A DNA stretch of 64,000 nucleotides from Lytechinus pictus (lineage: Eukaryota). The stretch covers positions 29,452,001 to 29,516,000 of the forward strand of contig NC_087245.1 in the NCBI RefSeq assembly GCF_037042905.1, given 5' to 3'. The notes beneath the pieces are model-generated. The model had not been told where the DNA came from. It did no database searches and worked only from the letters and a program-made list of their open reading frames with translations. Positions 39,932 through 51,162 of the stretch are shown piece by piece; within the stretch, counting starts at the first letter, position 1, and each line of letters begins with the position of its first letter. The position numbers and the translations under genes were made by a program.

Positions 39932-41168
39932 TTTCGTTCAGACGAAGGCTGTTTTGGTCGGAGTAAGATCGGAGGAAAGGGCGGAGTAGAGCCCGTGTGG
40001 ACAGGGTTACTCCGACCAACTCGTTCAGACGTACGGGTTCGTAGTCGGAGTAGAATTCTATTGAGCATGGATTGATATTTATCTTACCAAGACCACGCAT
40101 GCAGGGGGACGGAGTAACTTTCGGAAATTGTTTCAGGCTCTCGCCAGCTATTAAATCCTTGGTATTCTGTTCTCCCCAATACGCCCCGCATTTCTTTCCA
40201 TGACCAATTTTCATCTAGATTTTCTTAGAGTATTACACAACCGAGCTTTCTACTTTGAACTGCACCTCACTCATGTACTACGCAAAATGTCAACATGGCA
40301 CTTTGGTCCCCGAATTTTTTTACGAGAGGTCGTAAGGAGATACTCCGAGTTCTGTCCGCACGGGCAATTTACTCCGACCGGCTAGTCGTGATAGCGAGAT
40401 ACTCCTGGAAAGAACCAGGAGTATCTTGGTCGGAGGAAGGTCGCGGAGTAACTCTGTCCCCCGGGGGGGCCACTTCCATTCACGAGTGGATACCATGCGC
40501 GACCATGGGATCTCGAAAAGCACCCTAAACACGTAATTTCCATATTCTGAAAATGCACCCCTTAACAAGTATTGGCGTGTGAAACCCTACCCTTAACAAG
40601 TATTGGAAACAAAACGATACTCTTGGCAAATATTCCCTGAAATGAACCCCTAAACAAGTACAGGAATGTTTTATTGTTACGGGTCCTTCGGTCGTCGGCT
40701 TTACCTTATTTGGTTTAGTACAACCCCACCTTCTACACCTCGCTCAAATCGGACTCTAAACACGAAGTGTTGGGGCAAAAATGGACATCCTTTATAAAAC
40801 ATTTTAATTTTGTTTTATCATTCCCGCAAATTCGACCCTAAACACGTAATTTTCCTAGCGAAATAGACACCCTTTTTTCATTATTTTTGTGTTTTTGATA
40901 CCCTTTTCACGTTACGTACGTAACGTGCCCTATCGTGAAAAGGACATCCTTTTTACGTGTTTTTTTGGTCGCGCATGGTATCCACTCGTCAATGTAAGTG
41001 GCCCCCCCGGGCTCTGTCCTGACGGGCAGTAGTACTCCGACCCTTCCTCCGACCTTACTCCCACCGAAACGGCCTACTCGGAGTCGTGATAAGAGAAATA
41101 TCTTTGGAATTTTTATCCATGCTTCATAGAATTTTATTCCGCCTAAGAACCCAAGTCTGAACGAGGCT
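39932..41168. mobile_element. Harbinger-like non-autonomous element rich in ACTCCG/CGGAGT motifs, carrying a nested insertion
   Basis: tcgttcagac at the left end and gtctgaacgaggct at the right end. Inverted blocks ttggtcggagtaagatcggaggaaagggcggagta / tactccgacccttcctccgaccttactcc. Confidence 0.6.
40460..41011. mobile_element. 552-bp non-autonomous DNA transposon with CCCGGGGGGG termini and an 8-bp TSD
   Basis: ctctgtcc|cccgggggggccactt...gagtggataccatgcgcgacca ... tggtcgcgcatggtatccactc...aagtggcccccccggg|ctctgtcc. Confidence 0.9.
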
Positions 41169-41750
41169 ATTGATTAGGCGCTTCTTCAGGTAACGCTTGA
41201 ATGTGCCGAGAGTATATACACTCTCGAAAAAAACCAGAGGCAGATCATTTCAGAGAACGGGACCAGGGTGTGCAGAAACTCAAACCCCTGTTTATTTGAA
41301 GATTTGAGAATAACACGAGTTGGATGAACGTAATAATTGAACAAGAAGCAGAACCACTAACCACGTGAAGACAGAAAACAATAGTTAAATGAGATTATCA
41401 GATATCAATAATGTCAATTTACTCTGATCGAAAAGAAATCTTTAAAAAGTCGCAGCTAAAAGATATATTGTGTCATTAAATCTACGTGATACTTAAAACC
41501 TTCGGTTTAGAGAGTATGAATGAATTTGTAAAATAATATCCAATATTTTTCATTAATAGTGAAGTACAGTACATGGATAGTCAATGGAAAAACGAAAGAT
41601 TCCTATATAAGTGCGGCAAGACAGCATTTTGCTGGTAAACGCCAAGCTGGTATATAAACAATTACCTAGGAAACATTTTACGTCTAGGGTAATCAGTCAT
41701 AATGGCTGACCTTATAGACGACAGATATTACTCTCGGGCCTATCTATCAA

Positions 41751-44700
41751 ATATGCTTTTCACACTGCACTTTTTGTCCTAAATTGGTGGGGCTAAGGGG
41801 GGGGTCTTATAGCCCCACCAATTTCCCGGGGTTAAGCTTAGCCCACTTCGTTTTAACACTACGTTTTAGCAAAGTGGGCTAGCACGGTAAATAGTACGGT
41901 ACTATCTGGCCCTGCAAAAAAGCAGAGTTAGCCGGCTTATTGTGGTGCTAGCACTACAATTGCGGTGCTAAGAGATGCAGTGTGAAACGAAACAGGGCTA
42001 AGCAAAAGCGGGGCTAAGCATTAGCCAATCACAGAAGTCGAAATTGCACGTTAATCGCGCTCTGTATGGTAAAATCATTAGACGGGTCAATATACGACCA
42101 AAAATAGCCTTACCCGGAACAAATTGCAACAAATGATTTTTCAACGGTATTTTGTACTATTTGACCTCAGGAATAACATACTAAAAATCTACCAAAATCC
42201 GCATCCGGGAAAGTGGTTATTTTCAAGATGGCGTCCAAAATGGCCGCCATTCACTGAAAATGGATACAACTGACACATTATCCACCCTAGAATACTATTT
42301 CGGTTCATATTCCATGGTCTGGGGTACAAACATTGATTTAGGCTAGGATGCATTATGAGCCCTCCAGTGTACCAGGCAAATCCAAGATGGCGCCCAAAAT
42401 GGCTGCCGTAGGCTGAAAATCCACAATTAATCTAAATTAGTTTTTTATTTAATGGTTTTAAAGGTGAAATAGTACATTGAAACAAGTTACAAGGACAGCC
42501 AGTGGTCGAGTGTGTCCAAAAATCCAAGAAGGCTTCCAAAAAATGAGTTTAAAATGGCTGTTGATAATTAAAATGGACATAGTTCATTTTATATCCGCCT
42601 GGGACATAATGATTTTGGTGTCTAGACCATGATTTCAATGGTCAAATAAGACATTGGGATAAGTTACAAGGACAGTCAGTGGAGTAGTATGTTCAAAAAT
42701 CCAAGATGGCTTCCAAAAATGGAGTCGAAAATTGCTGTTGCTACTTAAAAAAACCCGACATAGTTTGCTCAATGTCCAGAAATATGATTTTTGTGTCTAT
42801 ACCATGGTTAAATGGGTCAAATAATACATTGGGGCAAGTTACAAGGAAAGTCAGTGGTCTGGTATGTGCAAAAATCCTAGATGGATTCTAAAAATTGATT
42901 CTGAAACGGCTGCTAATACTTAAAGCGGACAAAGCTCATTTCATTTTGGCCTGGATATGTGATTTTGATGTATAAACCACTGGTTTCAAGGGTCAAATAA
43001 TATATTAGGATAAGTTACAAGGACAGTCAATGCTATGGTATGTCCAAAAATCGAAGATGGCGTCCAAAAAATGGTATTAGAAATATGCTGCTGATACTTA
43101 AAGCGGATCAAGCTCCTTTCATATCGGCCTGGAAATGTGATTTTGGTGTCTAAACCACTAGTTTCAAGGATCAATTAATACGTTAGGGCAAGTTACAAGG
43201 AAAGTCAGTGGCCTGGTCGGTCAAAAAATCTAAGTTGGCTTCCAAAAATTGATTCTAAATTGACTGCTGCTACTTGAAGCGGACATAGCTTATTTCATAT
43301 CGGCATGGGAGATGCAATTTTGGTATCTAAACCACTGGTTTAAGGGCCAAAATAATACATTAAGACAGGTTTTAAGGCCAGTCAGTGGTCTGGTATGACA
43401 AAAAATCCAATATGGCTTCCAAAACTTGATTCTTAAATGGCTGTTGATACTTTAAAGTGGCATAGCTCATTTTCAATCCGCTGTGAGATATGATTTCGGT
43501 GTCTAAACTATGGTTTCAAGGGTCAAATTATATAAATGGACAAGACAATGGCAGTCAGTGGTCTAGTATGTCAAAAATTACAAGATGGCTTCCAAAAATG
43601 GAGTAAAAATATGTCTGATGTTACTTATAAAAGGACATAGTTTGTTTAATATCTGTCTGGGGAATATGAGTTTGGTGTTAAAAGCATTGTTTAGAAGGGT
43701 CAAGTAATACACTAGGGTAAGTTACAAGACCAGTCAGTTGTCTGTTTAAAAAAAAAAATCCAAGATTACTTCAAAAAAATGGGGTGTAAATTGACTGTTG
43801 CTCTTTAAAAGTATGCATAGTTTATTATAAATACACCTTGGAGGTATGATTTTGCTGTCTATACTAGAGTTTACAGGGTCAAGCAATACCTTGGGTTAAG
43901 TTGAAAGGACAGTCAGGTGTCAGGTATGTCCAAAAATCAAAGATGGATTTAAAAATAGGGGTCTTAAATGACTGCTGTTACTTAAAAGTGGATGTAGAAC
44001 ATTATAAATACACCATGGGGATATTATTTTGGTGTCTACACTAGGGTTTCAAGGGCCAAACAATACTTTGGGACTGGTTACCATGATATGCAGCTATCCA
44101 TTTTGCCTTAAAATCCAAGTTGGCTTAAAAAATGGGTTCTAAAGTGACTACTGTTACATAAAATATCTACCTGTTAGAAATAATCTTGGTGCCTACACTT
44201 AAATGCATGGGGACAAGTTATCATACTGTTTAATGAGTTGGTAACAGCACCCATTTTGATGAAATTTTAGAATCCATCATGGATTATTTGACAAAATGGA
44301 GTACTAACCATCCTGTTTACTTGTCTGAATGTATCATTTGACCCTTCATACCACAATTTGGACACCAACATTATTTCTTGCAGATGAATATTGTAGAACT
44401 CTGACCACTATTGAATGATATGAGTCGTTTTAGATTCCTTTAAAAACCCTCTTGTGTTTTAGGCGAACTGGACAACTGCATATCAATGTAACCAGTCCAA
44501 ACGTATTATTTTAACCATGAAACCATAGTGTGGACACCGAAATCATATCTCCTAGGTGGATTTTAAATGAACTATGTCCATTTTAAAAGTAACAGCAGTC
44601 ATTTAGACTCCGATTTTTGGAAGCCATCTTGTATTTTCGACATACTGGACCACTGACTGTCCTTGTAACTAATTTTCTGCCTTTTGAAACCATGATATAG

Positions 44701-45782
44701 GCAACAAAATCATATGCCCTTGACGAATAAAACATGAACTATGTCCATTTTTAAATACCATCGCGGCTAATTGATACTATTTTTTAAGCCACCGTGGACT
44801 TTTGGACATACTTGACCACCAATCGTTCTTGTAACTTATCCCAATTTATTATTTGACCCATTCAACCATGGTATAGGCACAAAAAATCATATTCCCGAAT
44901 ATTGAACAAACTTTGTTGGTTTTTTTTCAAGTAGCAACAGCATTTTTTACTCCATTTTTGGAAGCCATCTTGGATTTTTGAACATACTGGACCACTGATT
45001 GTCCTTGTAACTTGTCCCAATGTATTATTTGACAATTGAAACCATGGTCTAGACACCAAAATCATATCTCTCAGGTTGATGTGATATGAGCTATGTCCAT
45101 TTTAAGGATTAACAGCCATTTTAAACTCAATTTTTGGAAGCCATCTTGAATTTTTGGACACACCAGACCACTGGCTGTCCTTGTAACTTGTCCCGACGTA
45201 CTACTTCATCATTAAAACAATCGGATGGAAACCAAATTAAAGCCACTTAAGTAAGTAATAGATGAATTGTGGAGTTTTTAGACTACGGCATCCATTTTGG
45301 GCGCCATCTTGGATTTTCCTGGTACCCTGGAGTGCTAATATTCACTCTAACTTGTATAAATAAATTCTTTTACCCATTGGACCATGGAATATGAACCCAA
45401 ATATGATTCTAGGGTGGATAATGAGTGAGTTATATCAATTTTTAGTGAATGGCGGCCATCTTGGATGACATCTTAAAAATAACCACTTTCCCGGATGCGG
45501 ATTTTGGTAGATTTTTAGTATGTTATTCCTGAGGTCAAATAGTACAAAATACCGTTGAAAAATCATTTGTTGCAATTTGTTCCGGGTCAAACCATATATT
45601 GACCCGTCTACATCAATATTTATGAGCTGTGTGATTGCCCGGGGTTAAGGCATTAACCCCGGCTAAGCAATAGTACGGGGTTAAGAAAGACAGTGTGAAT
45701 CGAAAAAAGATAGTATGGGGTTAAGGATAGTCCGGGGTTAAGGATAGTACGGGGTTAAGGAAATGCAATGTGAAAAGCATAT
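41751..45782. mobile_element. Harbinger-like MITE (~500 bp) split by the foldback insertion
   Basis: Termini atatgcttttcacactgca / tgcaatgtgaaaagcatat. ggggttaag/gggctaag motifs on both sides of the insertion. TSD not evident. Confidence 0.7.
42079..45610. mobile_element. 3.5-kb non-autonomous foldback element, Academ-like termini
   Basis: cat|tagacgggtcaatata ... tatattgacccgtcta|cat (TAG/CTA ends, 3-bp TSD). ~110 bp of subterminal arm is identical. Interior is inverted arrays of ~176-bp units. Confidence 0.85.
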
Positions 45783-45789
45783 ATGTGGA

Positions 45790-45869
45790 GACAATGGCAG
45801 AGTGGGGATTCGAACTCACAACCTTGCGATTATGAGTCCAATGCTCTAATCACTGGACCACACAACCCG
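45790..45869 (-). mobile_element. tRNA-derived SINE head fragment
   Basis: Minus strand: tggtccagtgattagagc ... gagttcgaatccccactctgccattgtc. Confidence 0.7.
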
Positions 45870-46834
45870 TGTCATCGTTTATCAGAATCAAGCAGAACCA
45901 TAGTCTCGATATTTGGAGATAAATAAAAAAATAAAGTTTTGTTCGTGATCAATGAATGTCACAAAATAAATCATAAACATCACACTTTTCAATCATAAAA
46001 ATACACAACAAGAGCCTTAATGTAAAGCAAATCTAAGCAAAGATACTTAACGAAAGAAACAATTGCATAAATAACATGTTTAAAAATAAAACTACGTCTA
46101 AGGTTACGTTTATTTCGTCATTCGCAGGTACAAAAAGAACATGCATTATGCTTGTTAAAACAATGTTCCTATCGCATTATATCGAACTGCTGCGCAATTA
46201 TAAGCCAAATTATGAACGATTTTCTTGTGCCATGTTGTAAATGTCCGATGCATCAAAACATGCACAGTACGATTATCGCATTGTAATTGCTTTAAATCGG
46301 ACACCACGGTATCGTGTATCCGAAAACAATCTGCAATCGTGGTCTTGGAAGATTTCGCAAAATGAAATAAGCTTCCAAATTATTGTTCATCCTATAGAGA
46401 ATAGTTTGCTTCATAAGTTCCCATCATTCCCATTGCGAACAAGTTTTATCGGTATTCAATATCTGAGACATTAGGGAACATTGTGAGCATAAAATTACAA
46501 GAAATCAAATTATGGACATGAACAGAAGGATAGCCTCATATTTCGAATGAAAGCCTGACCCCAAAGAGAGAGAGAAAAAAGAAAGAGACCCGTTACACAT
46601 CGTTTACAAAGACGTATGTCAGAATTTGAGAATTTTAGAATGGCCTTTTAAAATTATGAAATACATGACGACTTTGTGGTAACAAAGTTATCTTTGATGA
46701 AAGTCTACCACTTGGGAAATCGGAAAAAAGGTCGTTAGAAATGATCGAGTTTAAACATAAAAGAATGATATCGTTCTCAAATATTGACTCAGATTCTTTA
46801 CGTTTCGAAAATTCTGCATCACAATCATGTTCCT

Positions 46835-48140
46835 TAAAGACACACCCGCAATTGGCTAATTAAACCAATGTTCGTCTAAAAAAGTATTGTGCACTGTGGA
46901 CAAGCAAATGCTTGTGGTGGAGCAGGCTGAGAGATATAGCTTGCTCTGCCTTTTTTGACACTGGCGTTTCTGTCTTTCGGGCCCACACATCCCAAATCGT
47001 TACCCGACATAGCAGCCCTAACCACGCCAGGCTGAACGATCATGTATTGTTTCTTCCAAGGTGTCCGGGTAGATGCCACAGTATTGCAGGGAAACTAAGA
47101 GTCTACTTGATGAAGCGGTTCTTCTGAAATCCTTGAGAAAGCCTCCTTTCTTTCTGCTCACCGTAGAGCAGTCTATTATTTAGGCAAAGGCTTGTCTAGC
47201 TGGTATTCTGTAGACATGTCCTGTCAATCTGAGCCGGGAGCACGTTAGTGTTACATGAATTGCTCTCCATTCTGGCTCTTTGCAGAACTTCTCGCACTTT
47301 GTGGAACCCAGCACATCAAAATAATGCAACAGAGACAATATCACGAAATAAACTCAACATCATGTGCGCAAAATCTCTGTAGTTACAGTTTGTTGTCGAA
47401 TTCTTCTTCAGTTTTGATATAATTTTTTTCAGACATTTTGGTGCCTTCTTTCCCTGTGAGCACCTGGGTGGCTAAATCCTGATGCTGTGCTTTGAGATCA
47501 CTGGCATTTGCCAAGCCCATTTTCCCTGAGACACCTTTGCATAATGCACAGATGCATGGTCGATGCGGCCGACCTTTACATTGAAATCACCCAAGATGAC
47601 AAACTTATCTGTTTAGCGTAAATGGTTGCTTGCATGTCCTCGCCGGAAGAACCTTCTTGTACATCATCGTTTATAGTGGGTGAAGGCCTGAAGAGGTGAT
47701 GATCAAAGTGGCTAACCACTAACTTGGTTGTGAAAATTGAACGGCCATTAGGCGATCGTTGATACCTTTGGTGAGTAGCAGGTCTGTTGATTCGACGGTT
47801 ATATTGATGAATTCTTGCTTCGCATCTTGTCGGCGTCGGATCCAAGGTGGTGAGTATATAGCCTGCATGTACCTCCGAAAATTGACCTTCATCTGCAAAG
47901 AAGGATTTGCTAAGGACGGAAATTTGTACCTTGTAACTTACAAACTATCTAGCAACGTGTCCTCCTCTCGGGTCAATCTGTGCCGGTACGGTCTCGGTAA
48001 ATGTGAACATTTCATGCATGCGCCTAAGATGACGGGTGTCATCTCAACAGATTTTCTTTGATTCTCTTTTCTTCTGTAGAAAGGGATCGTCTCCAAACCG
48101 TCGTGTGTTGCCTGATTTTTTTTCGAGTCCTTTCCCAATT
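46835..48140 (-). pseudogene. Degenerate RTE-clade LINE: APE endonuclease remnant fused to the ORF C-terminus, RT core missing
   Basis: Piecewise minus-strand translation gives YKVQISVLSKSFFADEGQFSEVHAGY, KGINDRLM, FVILGDFNVKVG (~47569-47606) and GKKAPK, then EVLQRARMES, LRLTGHVYRIP and terminal CPQCTILF*TNIGLISQLRV. Many stops and frameshifts. Confidence 0.85.
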
Positions 48141-48519
48141 CTAGATGGGATCTACCCTATTATTAAAGGGGTGTGGTCGCTGTTGCATATAGACAGCTAC
48201 TAGGAGGCTCATGCGAGCATTAATATAGAAATTAAAAAGAAAATTAGAACCCCATACCTGCACCCTTACCTCGCGATGGGGATCTGTTTGATGTACCCCC
48301 ACAACAACATCATTGATGTTTGGACCATTCCAGGGTGCAGGCGCCATGAAACCTGAATACTGGGAGGGGGTGACAAAATGTAGCAAGAAAGGGATTCCTC
48401 GAAAAGAGAAAGAATGTAAAAGATTGGAGAAAGGATGAAAAGATAGAAGCTAGGGAGGTAGAGGGAGCTTATCTCCTCACTCTGGTGTAGAACCAGCCCA
48501 TCACCATTATTATATATAA

Positions 48520-48647
48520 ATATATATATATAGTGTAAAGAAATGGATGAAGAGAACAATGGTAGGCGTAGCTTAAATCAAGGTTCCCCGGAGCTATCTA
48601 CCCTTTGGAAAAATTGGTGATGCCAAAAAAATGTCTCTGCCGGGAAT

Positions 48648-48650
<3 letters not shown>
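48520..48650 (-). mobile_element. SINE-like fragment (partial B box, body, (TA)n end)
   Basis: Minus strand starts cgattcccggcag (3' half of a B box). Body tttttccaaagggtag...ggggaaccttga...gctacgcctaccattgttctcttcat recurs on the plus strand at 52262-52350. Confidence 0.55.

Positions 48651-48705
<55 letters not shown>
48651..48705. repeat. (TA)n microsatellite
   Basis: Perfect TA run. Confidence 0.95.
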
Positions 48706-48708
<3 letters not shown>

Positions 48709-48740
48709 CAAAAAGAAATAAAAACTCCGTAATGAAAAGT

Positions 48741-48780
48741 ATTTTACGAATTTTCGCCCATAGGGCTTTATCAAGTAATT
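48741..48780 (-). ncRNA. Putative minimal type I hammerhead ribozyme (U3-A8 variant)
   Basis: Minus strand aa-ttac-TTGATAA-a-gccc-tat-gggc-GAA-aatt-c-gtaa: stem I ttac/gtaa, stem II gccc/gggc, palindromic AATT stem III and a UUC cleavage triplet. Confidence 0.6.
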
Positions 48781-48846
48781 TATTGATTAAGATCAACTTT
48801 GAAAATGCGTCATGAACAACAACAGTAAAGCACGCACTCTCTCAAG

Positions 48847-49940
48847 GAGCCTGTTCAGACCGGCAGAGATAGCGCGATCTAGCGCGCGCTAGATCGCGCT
48901 ATCTCTGCGGTGTGGAAGGTACAACGTCGTTTCGGTCCGCCCAACAGCGAGCCACGGCGAGCCAAAACGGCGTGCCACTGGAGCACCTCTTGGGGGTGGT
49001 CCACGAGAGATAGCGCGGTCTAGCGCGCGCTAGATCGCGCTATCTCTGCCGGTGTGAACCCGAGCTACGATAGCACGCCGGAAGTCATCTACACGCGGGG
49101 AATTTTATACTCATTCTATTTTGGTGCGATCTGAATCTGAATCGGTACAACTCAACACTCCTAATTTTATGGAGTAAAACGCGTCGGAACATCGTGAAAA
49201 TAGAAATATAGTAAGTAATGCGTCATGGCAACAAGACCTCTCAAAAAAGGGGGTGCTACGATAGACCGCGCTATCTCACTGCGGTGTGAATCCGGCGAAT
49301 GCCAATGGGCGGACCGTGGATCGCGCTACGATAGCGCGATCCACGGTCCGCCCACGGTCCCCCCTTGCGGTGTGAACAGCCTCGATCGAGCGCCCTTGAG
49401 GCTGTTCACACCGCAAGGGGGGACCGTGGGCGGACCGTGGATCGCGCTATCGTAGCGCGATCCACGGTCCGCCCATTGGCATTCGCCGGATTCACACCGC
49501 AGTGAGATAGCGCGGTCTATCGTAGCACCCCCTTTTTTGAGAGGTCCTGTTGCCATGACGCGTGACGTCATGAGGTCAGAGCGGTCAAAGATTTCGCGCG
49601 CTATTACGAACCCGTACTAGTTAGTTGAGAGCTCGATATCGCTGTGCCTATTACAGTATGCTAGCCGGCCTACGTTTATTTCATGGCGTTGTAGAACGAT
49701 GACTTCCGGCGTGCTATCGTAGCTCGGGTTCACACCGGCAGAGATAGCGCGATCTAGCGCGCGCTAGACCGCGCTATCTCTCGTGGACCACCCCCAAGAG
49801 GTGCTCCAGTGGCACGCCGTTTTGGCTCGCCGTGGCTCGCTGTTGGGCGGACCGAAACGACGTTGTACCTTCCACACCGCAGAGATAGCGCGATCTAGCG
49901 CGCGCTAGATCGCGCTATCTCTGCCGGTCTGAACAGGCTC
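48847..49940. mobile_element. 1094-bp nested-palindrome element, Harbinger-like
   Basis: aag|gagcctgttcagaccggcag ... ctgccggtctgaacaggctc|aag (3-bp TSD). Outer arms 48847-49089 / 49698-49940, inner arms 49220-49383 / 49398-49561. Repeated ttcacaccg and gatagcgcg motifs. Confidence 0.9.
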
Positions 49941-49984
49941 AAGATGTAGGCGCACCCGACAGAGGGGCGCTCTTACGTAACAAG

Positions 49985-50460
49985 GAAAGAGAGGAGGGAA
50001 GGAGGCGAGGAAATAAAGGAAAAGGGATCAGAGAATAAACGAAAGAAAAAGAAAAACGGGAAAGCAGAAACAAGAGAGAAAGAGAAGCATTTGGAAAAAA
50101 GCAAACATAAGAGGAACAGAGAGTAGAATAAACAGAAAATTGATAAAATAGAGAAAGAGGAGAGGGGGAGAGAGGGAGATAGAGAAGAGAGAGAGAGAGA
50201 TAGAAGAGAGAGAGGTGGGAGACACAGAGAAGGGGTGAAATAGAAATAGAAATAGAAAAACAAAAATAATAAAAGAAAAGAGAGACAAATATAGGGGCGG
50301 AGTGGGAGAAAGAAAATAGAAGAAAAGGTAAGAATATACCAGCTAAGGAAGAGAAAGAGAGAGAGAGACCGAATGAGAAAAAGGGAAAGGGAGAGAGCGA
50401 GAGGAAGATTATTAGAAAGAAAAGATGACAACAACACACCAGAAAACAAAGAAGCAAGGA
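49985..50460. repeat. GA-rich low-complexity tract
   Basis: Purine-rich on the plus strand. Lies just downstream of the Penelope ORF on the minus strand. Confidence 0.85.
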
Positions 50461-50463
50461 AAA

Positions 50464-51150
50464 TTGACAGGCGGTGGATCATACGTTCTTCCCAGATTTT
50501 CCTCTCCTCATCTGCATGTAGCACCAGAACATCTCACGATGCCACATATTTTGAAGTTGCTGATGGAGTGTCCTGGAAGATTGAAATGATGAGCAACTGG
50601 AAGTCCTGTGGTGTGACGTCGGAGTGATCGTAGATGTTCGTTGGTGCGATCGGCCATCCTCCGTTTAGTCTCACCATGGACCTACTACTCTGTCAGAGTA
50701 GTAGGTCCATGGTCTCACCGACATATAGCATGTCACATGCGGTGCACACTATGACATATCAAGTTGGTGGTAGTTCATGTTAAATGATCCCGAACAATCC
50801 AGGTAGACTTAGGTCCCTTGATACTGGTATCTTGCTTATTCTTGCAGTATGAAGTTGCATGTATTACATCTGCTCCTGCCGCATCTCACGGTCCCGTGAT
50901 TCTCCTCAGTAGTTGTAGATGTTAATTTGGAATGTACCAGCAGATTGCGGAGGCTCTTGTCTTTCTTATACGCGACCACTGGAGGATTCTTGAATATCTC
51001 CCGGTTATTCTCATCCTCCTTGAGAATGCCCGTGTTATTCATGATGGTTGAGACGATCCTCTCGGTAGACGGATGGTACGTTAGGACCAATGGTACCCGG
51101 TCCATGTTCTCTTGCTGACGTGGTTGCAAAGTGGCCGTGCGACTTAGACT
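50464..51150 (-). pseudogene. Penelope-like ORF remnant: RT-thumb linker, Cys-rich region and GIY-YIG endonuclease
   Basis: RVPLVLTYHP, PPVVAYKKDKSLRNLLVHSKL and CGRSRCNTC. After frameshifts, VIVCTACDMLYVGET. Removing the 37-bp insertion and one TSD copy gives KRRMADRTNEHLRS...PVAHHFNLPGHS...RKIWEERMIHRL. Confidence 0.9.
50675..50711. mobile_element. 37-bp perfect P-like micro-palindrome with 7-bp TSD
   Basis: gtctcac|catggacctactactctg-t-cagagtagtaggtccatg|gtctcac. Its removal restores the YVGETKRR frame. Confidence 0.9.
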
Positions 51151-51162
51151 GGAAGCTATATA

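Larger units (their letters stand above)
48706..51157 (-). mobile_element. 5'-truncated Penelope-like retroelement (Neptune-type linker + GIY-YIG, TC-rich 3' region, terminal hammerhead-like motif)
   Basis: Coding remnant at 50464-51150, pyrimidine tract at 49985-50460 (minus strand), hammerhead-like motif at 48741-48780, TA-rich flanks. Interrupted by insertions at 48847-49940 and 50675-50711. Confidence 0.75.

Noticed and set aside
42480..45200. Regularly spaced repeats as a CRISPR-like array
   Set aside because: The whole ~176-bp unit is repeated with no unique spacers. The context is eukaryotic and there are no cas-like ORFs.
49225..49571. Near-identical ORFs on both strands (MAT.PLKKGGATIDRAISL...)
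   Set aside because: An artefact of the inner palindrome. No recognisable protein.
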